A stretch of DNA of 64,000 bases from the NCBI GenBank assembly GCA_021648125.1, contig JAKITK010000006.1, forward strand, positions 13,640 through 77,639, given 5' to 3'. The notes beneath the pieces are model-generated. The model did not search any database. It saw only the letters and a list, made by a program, of their open reading frames with translations, and was not told the DNA's origin. Position numbers and translations under genes: made by a program. Every line of letters starts with the position of its first letter. Within the stretch, counting starts at the first letter, position 1. Shown here piece after piece: positions 27,607-36,825 of the stretch. The DNA comes from Lysobacterales bacterium (GTDB lineage Bacteria > Pseudomonadota > Gammaproteobacteria > Xanthomonadales > SZUA-36).

Positions 27607-27996
27607 TTGAAACGGCGCTCCTTTCAATTACTAGCAGGATTAATTTTGTTTTCTGCTAATCTTCTAGCCGACCAGTCGATTGCCGATCAATATCCTGGCT
27701 CCTTGCTGTATTCAAAACCTGTGGAGGTTATACCGCATGTTTGGTCAGCAATCGGCGCCACCGCGGCACCGAACTACGCCAATGCCGGGCACAATAACAA
27801 CCTCTCATTTATTGTTACCACCGATGGGGTGGTAGTACTGAATTCTGGGGCTGCAATTAGCGCATTGATCGAGTCTGGTGAAGATTTGCAGGCAGCCTAT
27901 GAATTAGACCAATCTCAATTTTCACATTTGCACATATTTAAGGAGTTGGCTGCAAAAAATGCTGGCAGGGTATTTGAACACATGGAGTTTGAATAA
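27607..27996 (+). pseudogene. remnant of a secreted metallo-beta-lactamase-fold protein with the catalytic core deleted
   Basis: Signal-like KRRSFQLLAGLILFSANLLA, then the usual MBL N-terminal strands (VEVIPHVWSAIG...NNNLSFIVTTDGVVVLNSGA). It jumps straight to a short C-terminal tail. No HxHxDH motif, and only ~130 aa where ~300 is expected. Confidence 0.4.
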
Positions 27997-28019
27997 TACT
28001 CTAAGCTACTGCGGAAATA

Positions 28020-28442
28020 CTATTTAGCGTGCTTGGCGTATTTGTATGCTGTTGGCTTGCTGCGGGTTTCTACCGCGAATATCCCGGTAATACTCGCGGA
28101 TAATTTCAAAATCGCTATCGACATTCCCACTCGGCATAAAGGACTTGCCGATACCGATTTGTTTGCGCCAGAAATCCAGATACCCCATGACAATAGGAAC
28201 ATTGGCGGCGCTAGCTATATGGTAAAATCCGGTTTTCCAATGGTCGGTCGGTTTTTTTACGCGCGCCTTCAGGCGCGAGAGCTAGAACCATGGCATCGGT
28301 GTTTGCAAAGCGTGCTTGCCGATCCACTGAGTATTTAACTTCATTGCCGACTGGGCGATGATGCCTAAGGGGAAGTCCCAGTTGCTGGTATGGGGTGCAG
28401 CGATTAGCACATATTTATTGGTTTGCGGATAGCCAGCGTAAG
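28020..28442 (-). pseudogene. degraded paralogue of the PlsC-type acyltransferase at 29267-29830
   Basis: DNA aligns by eye with 29267-29790 at roughly 80% identity. It has frameshifts, an internal deletion of about 100 bp, and loss of the first ~15 codons at the MITE junction (28443). A fragment still reads KYVLIAAPHTSNWDFPLGIIAQSAMKLN. Confidence 0.75.
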
Positions 28443-28590
28443 AATTCGGGTCTGTCCCGAATGGCACTAAGTTAAGCCATTCCTGCATTGATTCAACACC
28501 TTCTACTTTGGCTTTAAATAAGGGTTAAGTCCTTGATAGGTCACATGATGAAACCCCTTATCTTAGTGCCACTCAGGACAGACCCGAATT
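28443..28590. mobile_element. MITE-A copy 1 (148 bp, imperfect ~29-bp terminal inverted repeats AATTCGGGTCTGTCCCGAATGGCACTAAG)
   Basis: Left end AATTCGGGTCTGTCCCGAATGGCACTAAG. The reverse complement of the right end is AATTCGGGTCTGTCCTGAGTGGCACTAAG. A near-identical core recurs at 54072-54215 and partly at 54933-54965. No coding capacity. Confidence 0.7.
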
Positions 28591-28595
28591 AAATC

Positions 28596-29102
28596 CTATG
28601 TTCCTCTATCTTTCCTCGCAAATGGTTCGCCTACAAATTTATCTAGACGGTTTTGCAACAAACTTCTTCTTATTCCAATCAAGTTACAAGGTAGGCTGAT
28701 TTTAACGAAGCGCGAAGTTCGAATCATACAGCATTGAAAACGCGTTATCTGATCACTGGTTCCGCCACCTTGGTCCGTCATTACATTGTTAGGGTCACTG
28801 GTGTGAGTCCAAAGGTCTGCTAAATGCCCAATTTCTTGAACAACAGTTGTTCCATCACCGTCTGCATCGACTGTGACCCAATTTGAACCTGGGTATGCAC
28901 ACCCGCTGGCAGACTGAATGTCCCTGAGGAAATACACAGTAACTGTTGAGCAGCAGCCACAACTGTGGGCTGCGAACCAGGTAAAGAAACGACTAAACAT
29001 GCCCCCAAAATCACATGTGGTTGAATCGAGATATTCTGGTTTGATTACAACTTCAAACCCACAAACAACCAGGTTAATATTTTGTGCGGGATATCCATTG
29101 AA
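28596..29102 (-). pseudogene. cysteine-rich metzincin-like fragment with degenerate zinc motif (QEIGHLADLWTH)
   Basis: The frame is open from the TAG at 29105-29103, but the only in-frame start is an internal ATG at 29000. The motif reads QEIGH where HExxH is expected (CAA where a His codon would be). It is followed by PNNVMT...ITRFQCCMIRTS, which resembles the NLM...Q...R tail of small secreted zinc proteases. Confidence 0.3.
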
Positions 29103-29266
29103 CTAACTGAAACCCCGCACTTTAAGACTGTCATGAGGTGATTAATTCTCTCATTAGAAGGGTTATTTAGAACATACAGGTCTAGGTCGTCGCTACAGTG
29201 GTGTGTTACTTTTTTGGCTTGTTAGCTACTCGGTAGATTCAAATTATGAAAAACATATGAATATCA

Positions 29267-29830
29267 CTAACGCGGTTGGCGTATTTGTATGCGGCTGGTT
29301 TGGTGCGGGTGTCTACCGCGGATATCCCGGTAAAATGCACGGATAATTTCAAAATCGCTGTCGATATCTCCACTCGGCATAAATGACTTGCCGATGCCAA
29401 CCTGTTTACGCCCGAAATCCAGATACCCCATGACAATAGGAACATTTGCAGCGCTTGCAATATGATAAAACCCGGTTTTCCAGTGGTCGGTTTTTCTGCG
29501 AGTGCCTTCGGGCGCGAGTGCTAGAACCATGCTATCGGTGTCTGCAAAGCGTGCAGCGAGTTGCTGGCTGAGGTTGAGGCTTTCGTGACGGTAAACTGGG
29601 GTGCCACCGATTGCCCGGAAAAGCCAGCCATAGGGCCAACGAAACAGGGTGTGCTTGCCGATCCACTGAATATTTAATTTCAGTGCTGACTGGGCGATGA
29701 TACCTAAGGGAAAGTCCCAGTTGCTGGTATGGGGTGCAGCGATTAGTACATACTTCTTAGTTTTCGGGTAGTCTGCGTGGACTCTCCAGCCGAGTAATTT
29801 CAACAACCACAAAGATAGTTTTGATACCAT
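29267..29830 (-). CDS. 1-acyl-sn-glycerol-3-phosphate (lysophospholipid) acyltransferase family protein
   Basis: 187 aa. HxxxxD motif (APHTSNWDF) and PEGTR block. Confidence 0.85.
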   Translation of the reverse strand: MVSKLSLWLLKLLGWRVHADYPKTKKYVLIAAPHTSNWDFPLGIIAQSALKLNIQWIGKHTLFRWPYGWLFRAIGGTPVYRHESLNLSQQLAARFADTDSMVLALAPEGTRRKTDHWKTGFYHIASAANVPIVMGYLDFGRKQVGIGKSFMPSGDIDSDFEIIRAFYRDIRGRHPHQTSRIQIRQPR

Positions 29831-29845
29831 CAGTTGAGGCGACCC

Positions 29846-30733
29846 TTATTCACGCAGTTGAGACTGCCATGTTGATAGTTCAGTAGCAATTTCCGGGTCT
29901 AGCTGCGGGTACTCAAGCCCCATGCCTTGTAGTGCTTCAACAACAATCTTGCCAACTTCCATGCGTGCGCGTGGTTTATCATCGGCAGGGATCATAAACC
30001 AGGGTGCGTAATCTGTAGAAGTAGCATTAACCATATCAGCGAATGCTTCATCATATGCTGTTCGATAAGCCATTTCTTTGACATCTGTAGGGTTGAACTT
30101 CCAGCGTTTTTTAGGTCGATCCAAGCGTGATAGGAAACGCCTTTTCTGTTCCGCTACTGATACATTCAGCCAGAACTTTAGAATTAATGTGCCGCTAGCG
30201 GCAAGGTGTTTTTCATAGGCAGAAATGGCCTGGTATCGCAATGGCCAAAGGTCGGCTGGATTATCGATACCCTTTGGGTACTGACTATTGAGAAAGCTCT
30301 CATGCACACGCACGACCAAAACTTCTTCGTAGTAACTGCGGTTAAAGATGCAAATCTCCCCACGCGCTGGTAATTGTTTGTTGGTGCGCCAGAGAAAATC
30401 ATGCCGACTCTCAATTTTACTGGGTGACTTGAACGAAGCAACTTTAATGATTGCTGGGTCTTGGGCTGAAAATAGCGCACGAATCATGCTGTCCTTGCCA
30501 GCGGCATCAAGGGCCTGGACGACCAGTAAAATCGAATGAGACTGACTGGCTTGCAAACGCGAAAGCAGGGGACGCATCTGTTTTCCAAGCTGGCGAATCA
30601 TTTTCTCATTTTTGGTTGCATCGCCGGGATCAGTAAATGCCGTAGCTGCCTCACCAGCACGCACGACTTCGATTTCTGGGTTTATCCGTAAACTCGATTG
30701 TACGGACGGTTTCAAGATGATGTTATTAGACAC
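29846..30733 (-). CDS. polyphosphate kinase 2 (PPK2) family polyphosphate:nucleotide phosphotransferase
   Basis: 295 aa. Walker-A-like ALDAAGKD, DFLWR, FNRSYYE and lid-region blocks typical of PPK2. The GTG start directly abuts the upstream TGA (30734-30736). Confidence 0.85.
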   Translation of the reverse strand: MSNNIILKPSVQSSLRINPEIEVVRAGEAATAFTDPGDATKNEKMIRQLGKQMRPLLSRLQASQSHSILLVVQALDAAGKDSMIRALFSAQDPAIIKVASFKSPSKIESRHDFLWRTNKQLPARGEICIFNRSYYEEVLVVRVHESFLNSQYPKGIDNPADLWPLRYQAISAYEKHLAASGTLILKFWLNVSVAEQKRRFLSRLDRPKKRWKFNPTDVKEMAYRTAYDEAFADMVNATSTDYAPWFMIPADDKPRARMEVGKIVVEALQGMGLEYPQLDPEIATELSTWQSQLRE

Positions 30734-32017
30734 TCAGGGACGCTCCATTATTGCGCTAACGCCCATGCCACCGGCTGTACAGATTGAAATTAAACCGCGG
30801 CCTGAGCCCGCCTGTTCGAGTATTTGCCCGAGGGTTGCAATAATTCGACCGCCGGTTGCGGCAAACGGGTGACCCACTGCCAGAGAGCTGCCTTTTACAT
30901 TGATTTTCCCCGGGTCGATTGCGCCAAGTGCGGTCTCAAGGCCCAGTCGATTACGACAATAATCACCCGATTCCCAGGCTTTTAATGTGCACAATACCTG
31001 GGCTGCGAAGGCTTCGTGGATTTCATAAAAGTCAAAGTCCTGTAATTTCAGATCTGCCATCTTCAGCATTTCAGCGACAGCCACTGTGGGACCCATCAAC
31101 AAGCCCTCATCATCGACATAATCAACCGCAGCTGTGCGGCCGTAGGTCAAGAATGCCTGTACGGGTAGATTGTGTTTTGCAGCCCACTCTTCTGATGCCA
31201 ACAATACTGCCGAAGCACCATCGGTTAGCGGCGTGCTGTTACCAGCGGTTAATGTACCGCCTGGGCTGCGATCAAAAGCGGCGCGTAACTGCGCCAGCTG
31301 GTCCATGGTTGAATTAGCGCGCAGATTGTTATCCCGTGTTACTCCGGCAAATGAGGTTAATAGTTCATCAAAAAAACCTGCGTCATAAGCTGCTGCCGCT
31401 TTGTGGTGGCTATCCATCGCCATGCGATCCTGATCTTCGCGGCTGATATTCCAGCGCTTGGCCATCCGTTCACAGTGTTGTCCCATGGAAAGTCCGGTGC
31501 GTGGCTCACCGTTAGCCGGTGGCTGCGGGCTAAGTTCAGCTGGAGAAAAGCCCTTAAATGCTTGCAGTTTTGCTTTCGCGCTTTTTGCTCTGCCCAGAGC
31601 GATCAGACGCTGTGAAAATCGCCGGGAAAATACAATAGGGGCATCGGAGGTGGTATCGGTACCACCGACAATGGCCGATTCAATTTGGCCTGAAGCAATT
31701 TTTGCACCTGACATCAGTGCAGCCTGTAAGCCGGTACCACAGGCCTGTGACATGGTGATCCCCGGAGTGAGCGGTGACAGGTCTGTAGACTGCAGAGCTT
31801 CACGGCTGAGGTTCCAGTCTTTGGAGTGGGTGGTTACTGCGCCGGCAACCACTTCATCAAGTTGCATGCCGTGAAGGCCAAATTTATCAACCACTCCTTG
31901 AATCGATGCAGCCAGCATTTCGAGATTGGTATTGTCTGCATAAAAACTATTAGAGCGACAGAAGGGAATCCGGCTGCCGCCGATGACAGCGATGCGGCGA
32001 TAGTTATACTCACTCAT
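30734..32017 (-). CDS. acetyl-CoA C-acyltransferase (thiolase), FadI-like partner of the upstream alpha subunit
   Basis: 427 aa. QACGTGLQA active-site Cys region, HEAFAAQ, GSSLAVGHPFAATG and CTAGGMG. ATGA overlap with the upstream gene. Confidence 0.9.
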   Translation of the reverse strand: MSEYNYRRIAVIGGSRIPFCRSNSFYADNTNLEMLAASIQGVVDKFGLHGMQLDEVVAGAVTTHSKDWNLSREALQSTDLSPLTPGITMSQACGTGLQAALMSGAKIASGQIESAIVGGTDTTSDAPIVFSRRFSQRLIALGRAKSAKAKLQAFKGFSPAELSPQPPANGEPRTGLSMGQHCERMAKRWNISREDQDRMAMDSHHKAAAAYDAGFFDELLTSFAGVTRDNNLRANSTMDQLAQLRAAFDRSPGGTLTAGNSTPLTDGASAVLLASEEWAAKHNLPVQAFLTYGRTAAVDYVDDEGLLMGPTVAVAEMLKMADLKLQDFDFYEIHEAFAAQVLCTLKAWESGDYCRNRLGLETALGAIDPGKINVKGSSLAVGHPFAATGGRIIATLGQILEQAGSGRGLISICTAGGMGVSAIMERP

Positions 32018-34029
32018 GATGAGGCCTCCTGTTTGGCTGAAGATTGGTTATTTGAAGACTCGCTCTTTAGAGTGTCGTTTTCTTGAGATTCAAGGTAATG
32101 TAACGGCCCGCCGCGGAAGGGAGCAAAGCCGGTACCGAAAATCATCCCGGCATCAATAATATCGGCGTCAGCAACAATGCCATCAGCTAGGCAGGCGCGA
32201 CACTCATCAAAATAGGGTTGCATGAGCTGGTCTGCCAGTTTCTTCAAATTGTGTCCGCGGATTTCTTCAGGGTCTTTTTTCGCCCGACCTTTTTCCCAAC
32301 GATAAAAACCTTCGCCCGACTTCTTACCCAGCTTGCCGGCATCAATGTATTTTTTCAGGAACGCGATCTGATCCTCAGTGTCATCACCACCAAGAGTACT
32401 GACCACACCAAGGCCTACATCCAGGCCGACCGTATCTGCCAGTTCTACCGGTCCCATTGGCATACCAAAGTCTGTGGCGGCTTTATCAATGGCTTCTTTT
32501 GGAATTCCGGATTGGTATAAAGCCATGGCTTTGCTCATATATGGGGCAAGGACTCGGTTAACCAGAAAGCCCGGGCTGCTTTTAACCAGAAGTGGGAATC
32601 TGGATATCTGCCCGGCAAAAGCACAGGCCCGTTTGATTAATGGCTTATCGGTTTTTTTATCATAGACAATTTCAAGCAAGGGCATCTTGGCAACAGGATT
32701 GAAAAAGTGCAGACCGATCAAACGCTTGGGTGAGCGCAATGCCGAGGCGATATCCGCCAATGGGATCGCGGATGTGTTGGTTGCCAGAATGGCGTGTTTT
32801 GGTGCTTGCTTTTCTACCTTTTTAAACAGTTCCTGCTTGGCTTCGAGGTTCTCAAATATCGCCTCAATAATCACATCTGCCCGAGCGATACCGTTGCCAT
32901 CAACATCGGCAGTCAGTCGTGCTTTGGCTGCCGCACGGGCGGCTTTTGACCTGATTTTTTTGCTGAATAACTTACCAGCGCGTTGCATGGCCGGTTCGAT
33001 ATACTTCATTTCTCGATCCTGAAGGGTAACTTCCAGTCCGCGCAAGACGCACCAGGCGGCAATATCACCGCCCATAACGCCAGCGCCGATTACATGTACA
33101 CGCCGGACTTTGGCATCTGATTTTTTACCCTCAGCTTTTAAGCGTTCCATCAGCTTGAATACCCGGCGAAGATTGCGTGAAGTATCCCCAACGATGAGTT
33201 CGCCAACCCCAACGGCCTCGGCTTCAAGCATGGCTTGGTAATCATCGGCATGCTGTTCAAATAGATCAATTAATTTATACGGGGCAGGGTAGTGTTTTGG
33301 ATTGGCTTTTTTCGCCGTTTCCTTGCGCACAAACTTAGCCAGCCAGCGGCGCACCGGCCCGCTGTTAAGGATGCCGACACCGCGGCCAGGTGCTTTGGAT
33401 TTCAGCTTTCGTGCAATCGCCTTGCGTGCAGCCCAGTCTATGCTAACCTGCGGGCTTACCAGTTGGTCGATAAGGCCAATTTTCTTTGCCGCAGGAGCTC
33501 GCAGGAAGCGCGCGGATAGCATTAATGGCAGTGCGTTTTTACCGCCTAATTTACGAATAGTGCGTGCGGCGCCACCAAAGCCGGGGAAAATGCCGAGATT
33601 CATTTCCGGAAAACCAATCCGGGTTTTATCAATATTTTTTGCAATCCGCCAGTCGAAAGCCAGTGCCAGTTCCAGACCACCACCAAGGCAAAAGCCTTCT
33701 ATGCAGGCCACCGTTGGAAACGGCAAAGCTTCAATACGATTAAATAAAGCGTGTACGCTGCGGATACCATCTGCCGCTTCAGCCGGATCGGTTGCATTAT
33801 CAAATTCATTGACATCGGCGCCGAAAATGAAAGACTCATGTTTGCCAGAGCGCAATACAAGACCTCTAGGGTTTTCGGTTTCGATAGCAGCGATTGCGGT
33901 ATCCAGTTCTTTAATAACCGCAGTTGATAATACATTGGCCTTTTCCCCGGGTCGGTCAAAAGTTAGCCAGATGATATTGTCGATATCACTTTCCAGCTTC
34001 CAGTTTTTTAAATCAGGGAATGTGCTCAT
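32014..34029 (-). CDS. fatty acid oxidation complex alpha subunit, FadJ-like (enoyl-CoA hydratase N-terminal + 3-hydroxyacyl-CoA dehydrogenase C-terminal)
   Basis: 671 aa. Crotonase block FIFGADVNEF...GFCLGGGLELALA, then Rossmann VHVIGAGVMGGDIA and HFFNPV. Confidence 0.9.
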   Translation of the reverse strand: MSTFPDLKNWKLESDIDNIIWLTFDRPGEKANVLSTAVIKELDTAIAAIETENPRGLVLRSGKHESFIFGADVNEFDNATDPAEAADGIRSVHALFNRIEALPFPTVACIEGFCLGGGLELALAFDWRIAKNIDKTRIGFPEMNLGIFPGFGGAARTIRKLGGKNALPLMLSARFLRAPAAKKIGLIDQLVSPQVSIDWAARKAIARKLKSKAPGRGVGILNSGPVRRWLAKFVRKETAKKANPKHYPAPYKLIDLFEQHADDYQAMLEAEAVGVGELIVGDTSRNLRRVFKLMERLKAEGKKSDAKVRRVHVIGAGVMGGDIAAWCVLRGLEVTLQDREMKYIEPAMQRAGKLFSKKIRSKAARAAAKARLTADVDGNGIARADVIIEAIFENLEAKQELFKKVEKQAPKHAILATNTSAIPLADIASALRSPKRLIGLHFFNPVAKMPLLEIVYDKKTDKPLIKRACAFAGQISRFPLLVKSSPGFLVNRVLAPYMSKAMALYQSGIPKEAIDKAATDFGMPMGPVELADTVGLDVGLGVVSTLGGDDTEDQIAFLKKYIDAGKLGKKSGEGFYRWEKGRAKKDPEEIRGHNLKKLADQLMQPYFDECRACLADGIVADADIIDAGMIFGTGFAPFRGGPLHYLESQENDTLKSESSNNQSSAKQEASS

Positions 34030-34149
34030 TTTAATAATCCTTATGTATGTTCTGTGTAATTCAATGAAGCTGAGTCTATGTTAGCAGAGGGTTGCAGTTC
34101 GCTAGCGTATGGTGAGTATTATATGCTATCAACAACCACTGTGAGAAGC

Positions 34150-34749
34150 TTAAGGGATTTGGCAACCAGCGCTACGCAGTAGTTCAGCTGTAGCAATTAA
34201 CGGTAGCCCGATCAAAGCAGTGGGGTCATCTGCTTTAATCCATTCAATTAAACTAATACCAAGTGCTTCAGCCTTGAAGCTGCCAGCACAATCGAAAGGT
34301 GATTCCCGCTCAATATAGCGTTGAATTTCAGTATTGTGCAAGTGTCTGAAATGTACCAGTGTGGGCACTCGGCGCTGCAAACTGATACCTCGGTCCCGAC
34401 AAACCAATGCTACAGCGGTTTCAAATACAACCTCACGCCCGGAGAGTAATTGTAATTGTTCGGCAGCAGCATCAGCATTGCCGGCCTTGCCAAGTATTTG
34501 CCCGTCTGCAAGCAATGATTGGTCGGAGCCGATAACCACAGCATCCGGGTGTTGATTTGCAATAGTGTCCGCCTTGGCAAGTGCCAGACGATCGACCATT
34601 TTGGTTACAGATTCCCGAGCAAAAGGGGTTTCATCTACTGCCGGAGCCATGCATTCAAAGTCATTGAGCAGGCGCTGTAGTAGTTGTTTTCTGTAATTTG
34701 AGGTGGAGGCAAGGATAATTCTCATTTTTTCGGTGTATCGCCTTGTCAT
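34150..34749 (-). CDS. yceF: Maf-like nucleoside triphosphate pyrophosphatase (YceF type)
   Basis: 199 aa. ILASTSNYRKQLL...VIGSDQ...GKAG blocks. Divergent from yceD as in E. coli. Confidence 0.85.
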   Translation of the reverse strand: MTRRYTEKMRIILASTSNYRKQLLQRLLNDFECMAPAVDETPFARESVTKMVDRLALAKADTIANQHPDAVVIGSDQSLLADGQILGKAGNADAAAEQLQLLSGREVVFETAVALVCRDRGISLQRRVPTLVHFRHLHNTEIQRYIERESPFDCAGSFKAEALGISLIEWIKADDPTALIGLPLIATAELLRSAGCQIP

Positions 34750-34780
34750 ATAAGGATATTAATAGTAAAATTGTTCGGTT

Positions 34781-35320
34781 ATGTCGAATGATTACCCAGA
34801 GCGTTTTCCTGCCACGGTGAATCCCTGGAGATTAGCAGAGGGCCAACAATCCTTGGCGGGTAGTATACCCCTCTGCCAACTGCAGCGTTTATGTGAGTTT
34901 TTGCATTTTGAGGGAGAAACCTCGGACGCGGTTGGAAAGGTTCGCTTTGATGCCCGTTTTGGCAAAGGCAGCAATCGCAGGCCGGTATTGCGTTTAAGGG
35001 TAATGGCAGAATTACCCATGCTGTGCCAACGCAGTCTAAAGGTCTATTCGGAAAAAATCGACCGTGAGATTGAGCTTACGCTGATTGATGCTGAAGCTAA
35101 TAGGGAAGGGCGCGAAAACTTTGACGACGGCACAGATACTGTGCTGGTGAATTTTAAACAGATGGCGTTAGCTGTGGTGGTAGAGGACGAGCTTTTAATG
35201 TCCCTGCCGTTAATCGCGGTGAACCCGAAGTGCCCGCTAATGGAATACCATAGCGAGGACAAAAATTATACGGAACCTGAGCAAAAAAGTCCGTTTGCAG
35301 CTCTTGCAAAATTACGCTGA
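34781..35320 (+). CDS. yceD: YceD (DUF177) 23S rRNA accumulation protein
   Basis: 179 aa. Conserved position upstream of rpmF, acidic C-terminal half with CxxxC-like region. Confidence 0.8.
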   Translation: MSNDYPERFPATVNPWRLAEGQQSLAGSIPLCQLQRLCEFLHFEGETSDAVGKVRFDARFGKGSNRRPVLRLRVMAELPMLCQRSLKVYSEKIDREIELTLIDAEANREGRENFDDGTDTVLVNFKQMALAVVVEDELLMSLPLIAVNPKCPLMEYHSEDKNYTEPEQKSPFAALAKLR

Positions 35321-35417
35321 GTGCAAACCTATCAGGTTCAAGGGTAGTTCTACAACGGGTATATTGAAAATGCCGCTTGTGGAATAACAAGAATTATATT
35401 TATCAGGAGTTAGTACC

Positions 35418-35615
35418 ATGGCAGTTCAAAAAAGTCGTAAAACCCCATCCAGGCGCGGTATGCGTCGTTCCCACGATGCCTTGAAAGCACCTACGCTTTC
35501 GATTGAGCCGACAACCGGTGAAGTCCATTTGCGCCACCATGTAAGTGAAGAAGGTTATTACCGCGGTCGCAAAGTCATCGAAACAAAAATCGTTGAAATT
35601 GAGGACGAAGAATAA
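35418..35615 (+). CDS. rpmF: 50S ribosomal protein L32
   Basis: [22 protein letters not shown] is the canonical L32 N-terminus. Confidence 0.95.
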   Translation: MAVQKSRKTPSRRGMRRSHDALKAPTLSIEPTTGEVHLRHHVSEEGYYRGRKVIETKIVEIEDEE

Positions 35616-35648
35616 GCTTGTTTGATTACATTTATTTATCGTTCGATG

Positions 35649-35687
35649 ATCCGTTGTCAGTTGTACTGGCAGCGGATTTTTCGTTTT
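35649..35687 (+). terminator. rho-independent terminator after rpmF
   Basis: 12-bp stem ATCCGTTGTCAG / CTGGCAGCGGAT (two G-U pairs), 5-nt loop, then TTTTTCGTTTT. Confidence 0.7.
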
Positions 35688-35791
35688 AGAGTGCGTACGC
35701 TGGCGTATGCCCGTAGTTACAGCAGGTTGCCTATTAATTAACGGTTAGCTAAAATTCAACCTTCATTGTAAAAATTCGGAAATAGCATGTC

Positions 35792-36760
35792 ATGACATAT
35801 TCAAGAATTATGGGTACCGGTAGTTACTTGCCTGAAAATATTGTTACCAATAAAGACCTGGAAAAAGTGATGGATACCAACGACCAGTGGATCCAGGAAC
35901 GCACAGGAATCAAACAACGGCATATGGCCGCTGAGGGTGAGACTACGGTCGATATGGTTGAGCAGGCTGCCCTGCGTGCAATAGAGGCCTCTGGGATAGA
36001 AGCTGCTGAAATCGATATGATTATCCTTGGCACCACCACGCCTGATCTGATTTTCCCGAGCAGCGCCTGCCTGTTGCAGGAACGACTGGGCCTGCCGGGT
36101 ATCGCCGCGTTCGATTTAAATGCCGCTTGCACCAGCTTTGTTTATAGTATCAGTGTTGCCGACCAGTTCATCAAAAGCGGAATGGCAAAGAAAATTCTAG
36201 TCTGTGGTGCGGAAACACTCTCACGGGCACTCGATTATGAGGATCGTACAACCGCGGTATTGTTTGCCGATGGTGCGGGAGCCATAGTTCTGGAAGCCTC
36301 TGAAGAGCCAGGCATACTCTCTACCCATATTCACGCTGACGGCCGCTATGCGCATTTGCTGGGAGCTGATGTAGGGGTTTCGCGAGGCTTTAAAGATAGC
36401 AATAATGGCGGCTTGAAAATATTGATGAATGGTCGGGAAGTATTCAAAATGGCCGTGCGCACGCTGGGTCAGATTGTTGATGAAACACTGGCAGCCAATA
36501 ATCTGGAAAAGTCCGATATCGACTGGCTGATACCGCATCAGGCAAATTTGCGTATCATTATGGCAACTGCAAAAAAATTAAACATGTCAATGGAGAAAGT
36601 CATTGTTACTGTCGACAAACACGGCAATACCTCGGCCGCATCGGTTGCGTTGGCACTCGATGAAGGCGTTCGTAGTGGTCGGGTGAAACGCGGCGATACT
36701 ATTTTGCTTGAAGCTTTTGGTGGTGGATTTACCTGGGGCTCAGCTCTAATTAAATATTAA
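35792..36760 (+). CDS. fabH: beta-ketoacyl-ACP synthase III
   Basis: 322 aa. NAACTSF active-site Cys, HQANLRI and GNTSAAS blocks. Confidence 0.95.
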   Translation: MTYSRIMGTGSYLPENIVTNKDLEKVMDTNDQWIQERTGIKQRHMAAEGETTVDMVEQAALRAIEASGIEAAEIDMIILGTTTPDLIFPSSACLLQERLGLPGIAAFDLNAACTSFVYSISVADQFIKSGMAKKILVCGAETLSRALDYEDRTTAVLFADGAGAIVLEASEEPGILSTHIHADGRYAHLLGADVGVSRGFKDSNNGGLKILMNGREVFKMAVRTLGQIVDETLAANNLEKSDIDWLIPHQANLRIIMATAKKLNMSMEKVIVTVDKHGNTSAASVALALDEGVRSGRVKRGDTILLEAFGGGFTWGSALIKY

Positions 36761-36825
36761 GCACATATTAAGCAAATACTGATTAGCATTCTAATTTTAC
36801 AGCTTAAATACTCAGACATAACGAT

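Noticed and set aside
28443-28590. Integron attC sites / gene-cassette array (small ORFs followed by imperfect palindromes containing GTTAAGC, here and at 54072-54215 and 54933-54965)
   Set aside because: The GTTAAGC is internal, not at the element boundary, and no complementary GCTTAAC inverse core sits at the opposite end. There is no intI/attI in the window. The paired ends are ~25-29-bp TIRs typical of MITEs, and copy 1 interrupts a gene rather than following a cassette ORF.
33302-34084. 260-aa plus-strand ORF (and other long antisense ORFs such as 10605-10934, 11771-12190, 31458-31874)
   Set aside because: They lie entirely antisense to strongly supported genes (FadJ-like, thiolases, dehydrogenase). 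Their translations are low-complexity and Ala/Arg/Ser-rich, typical of shadow frames.
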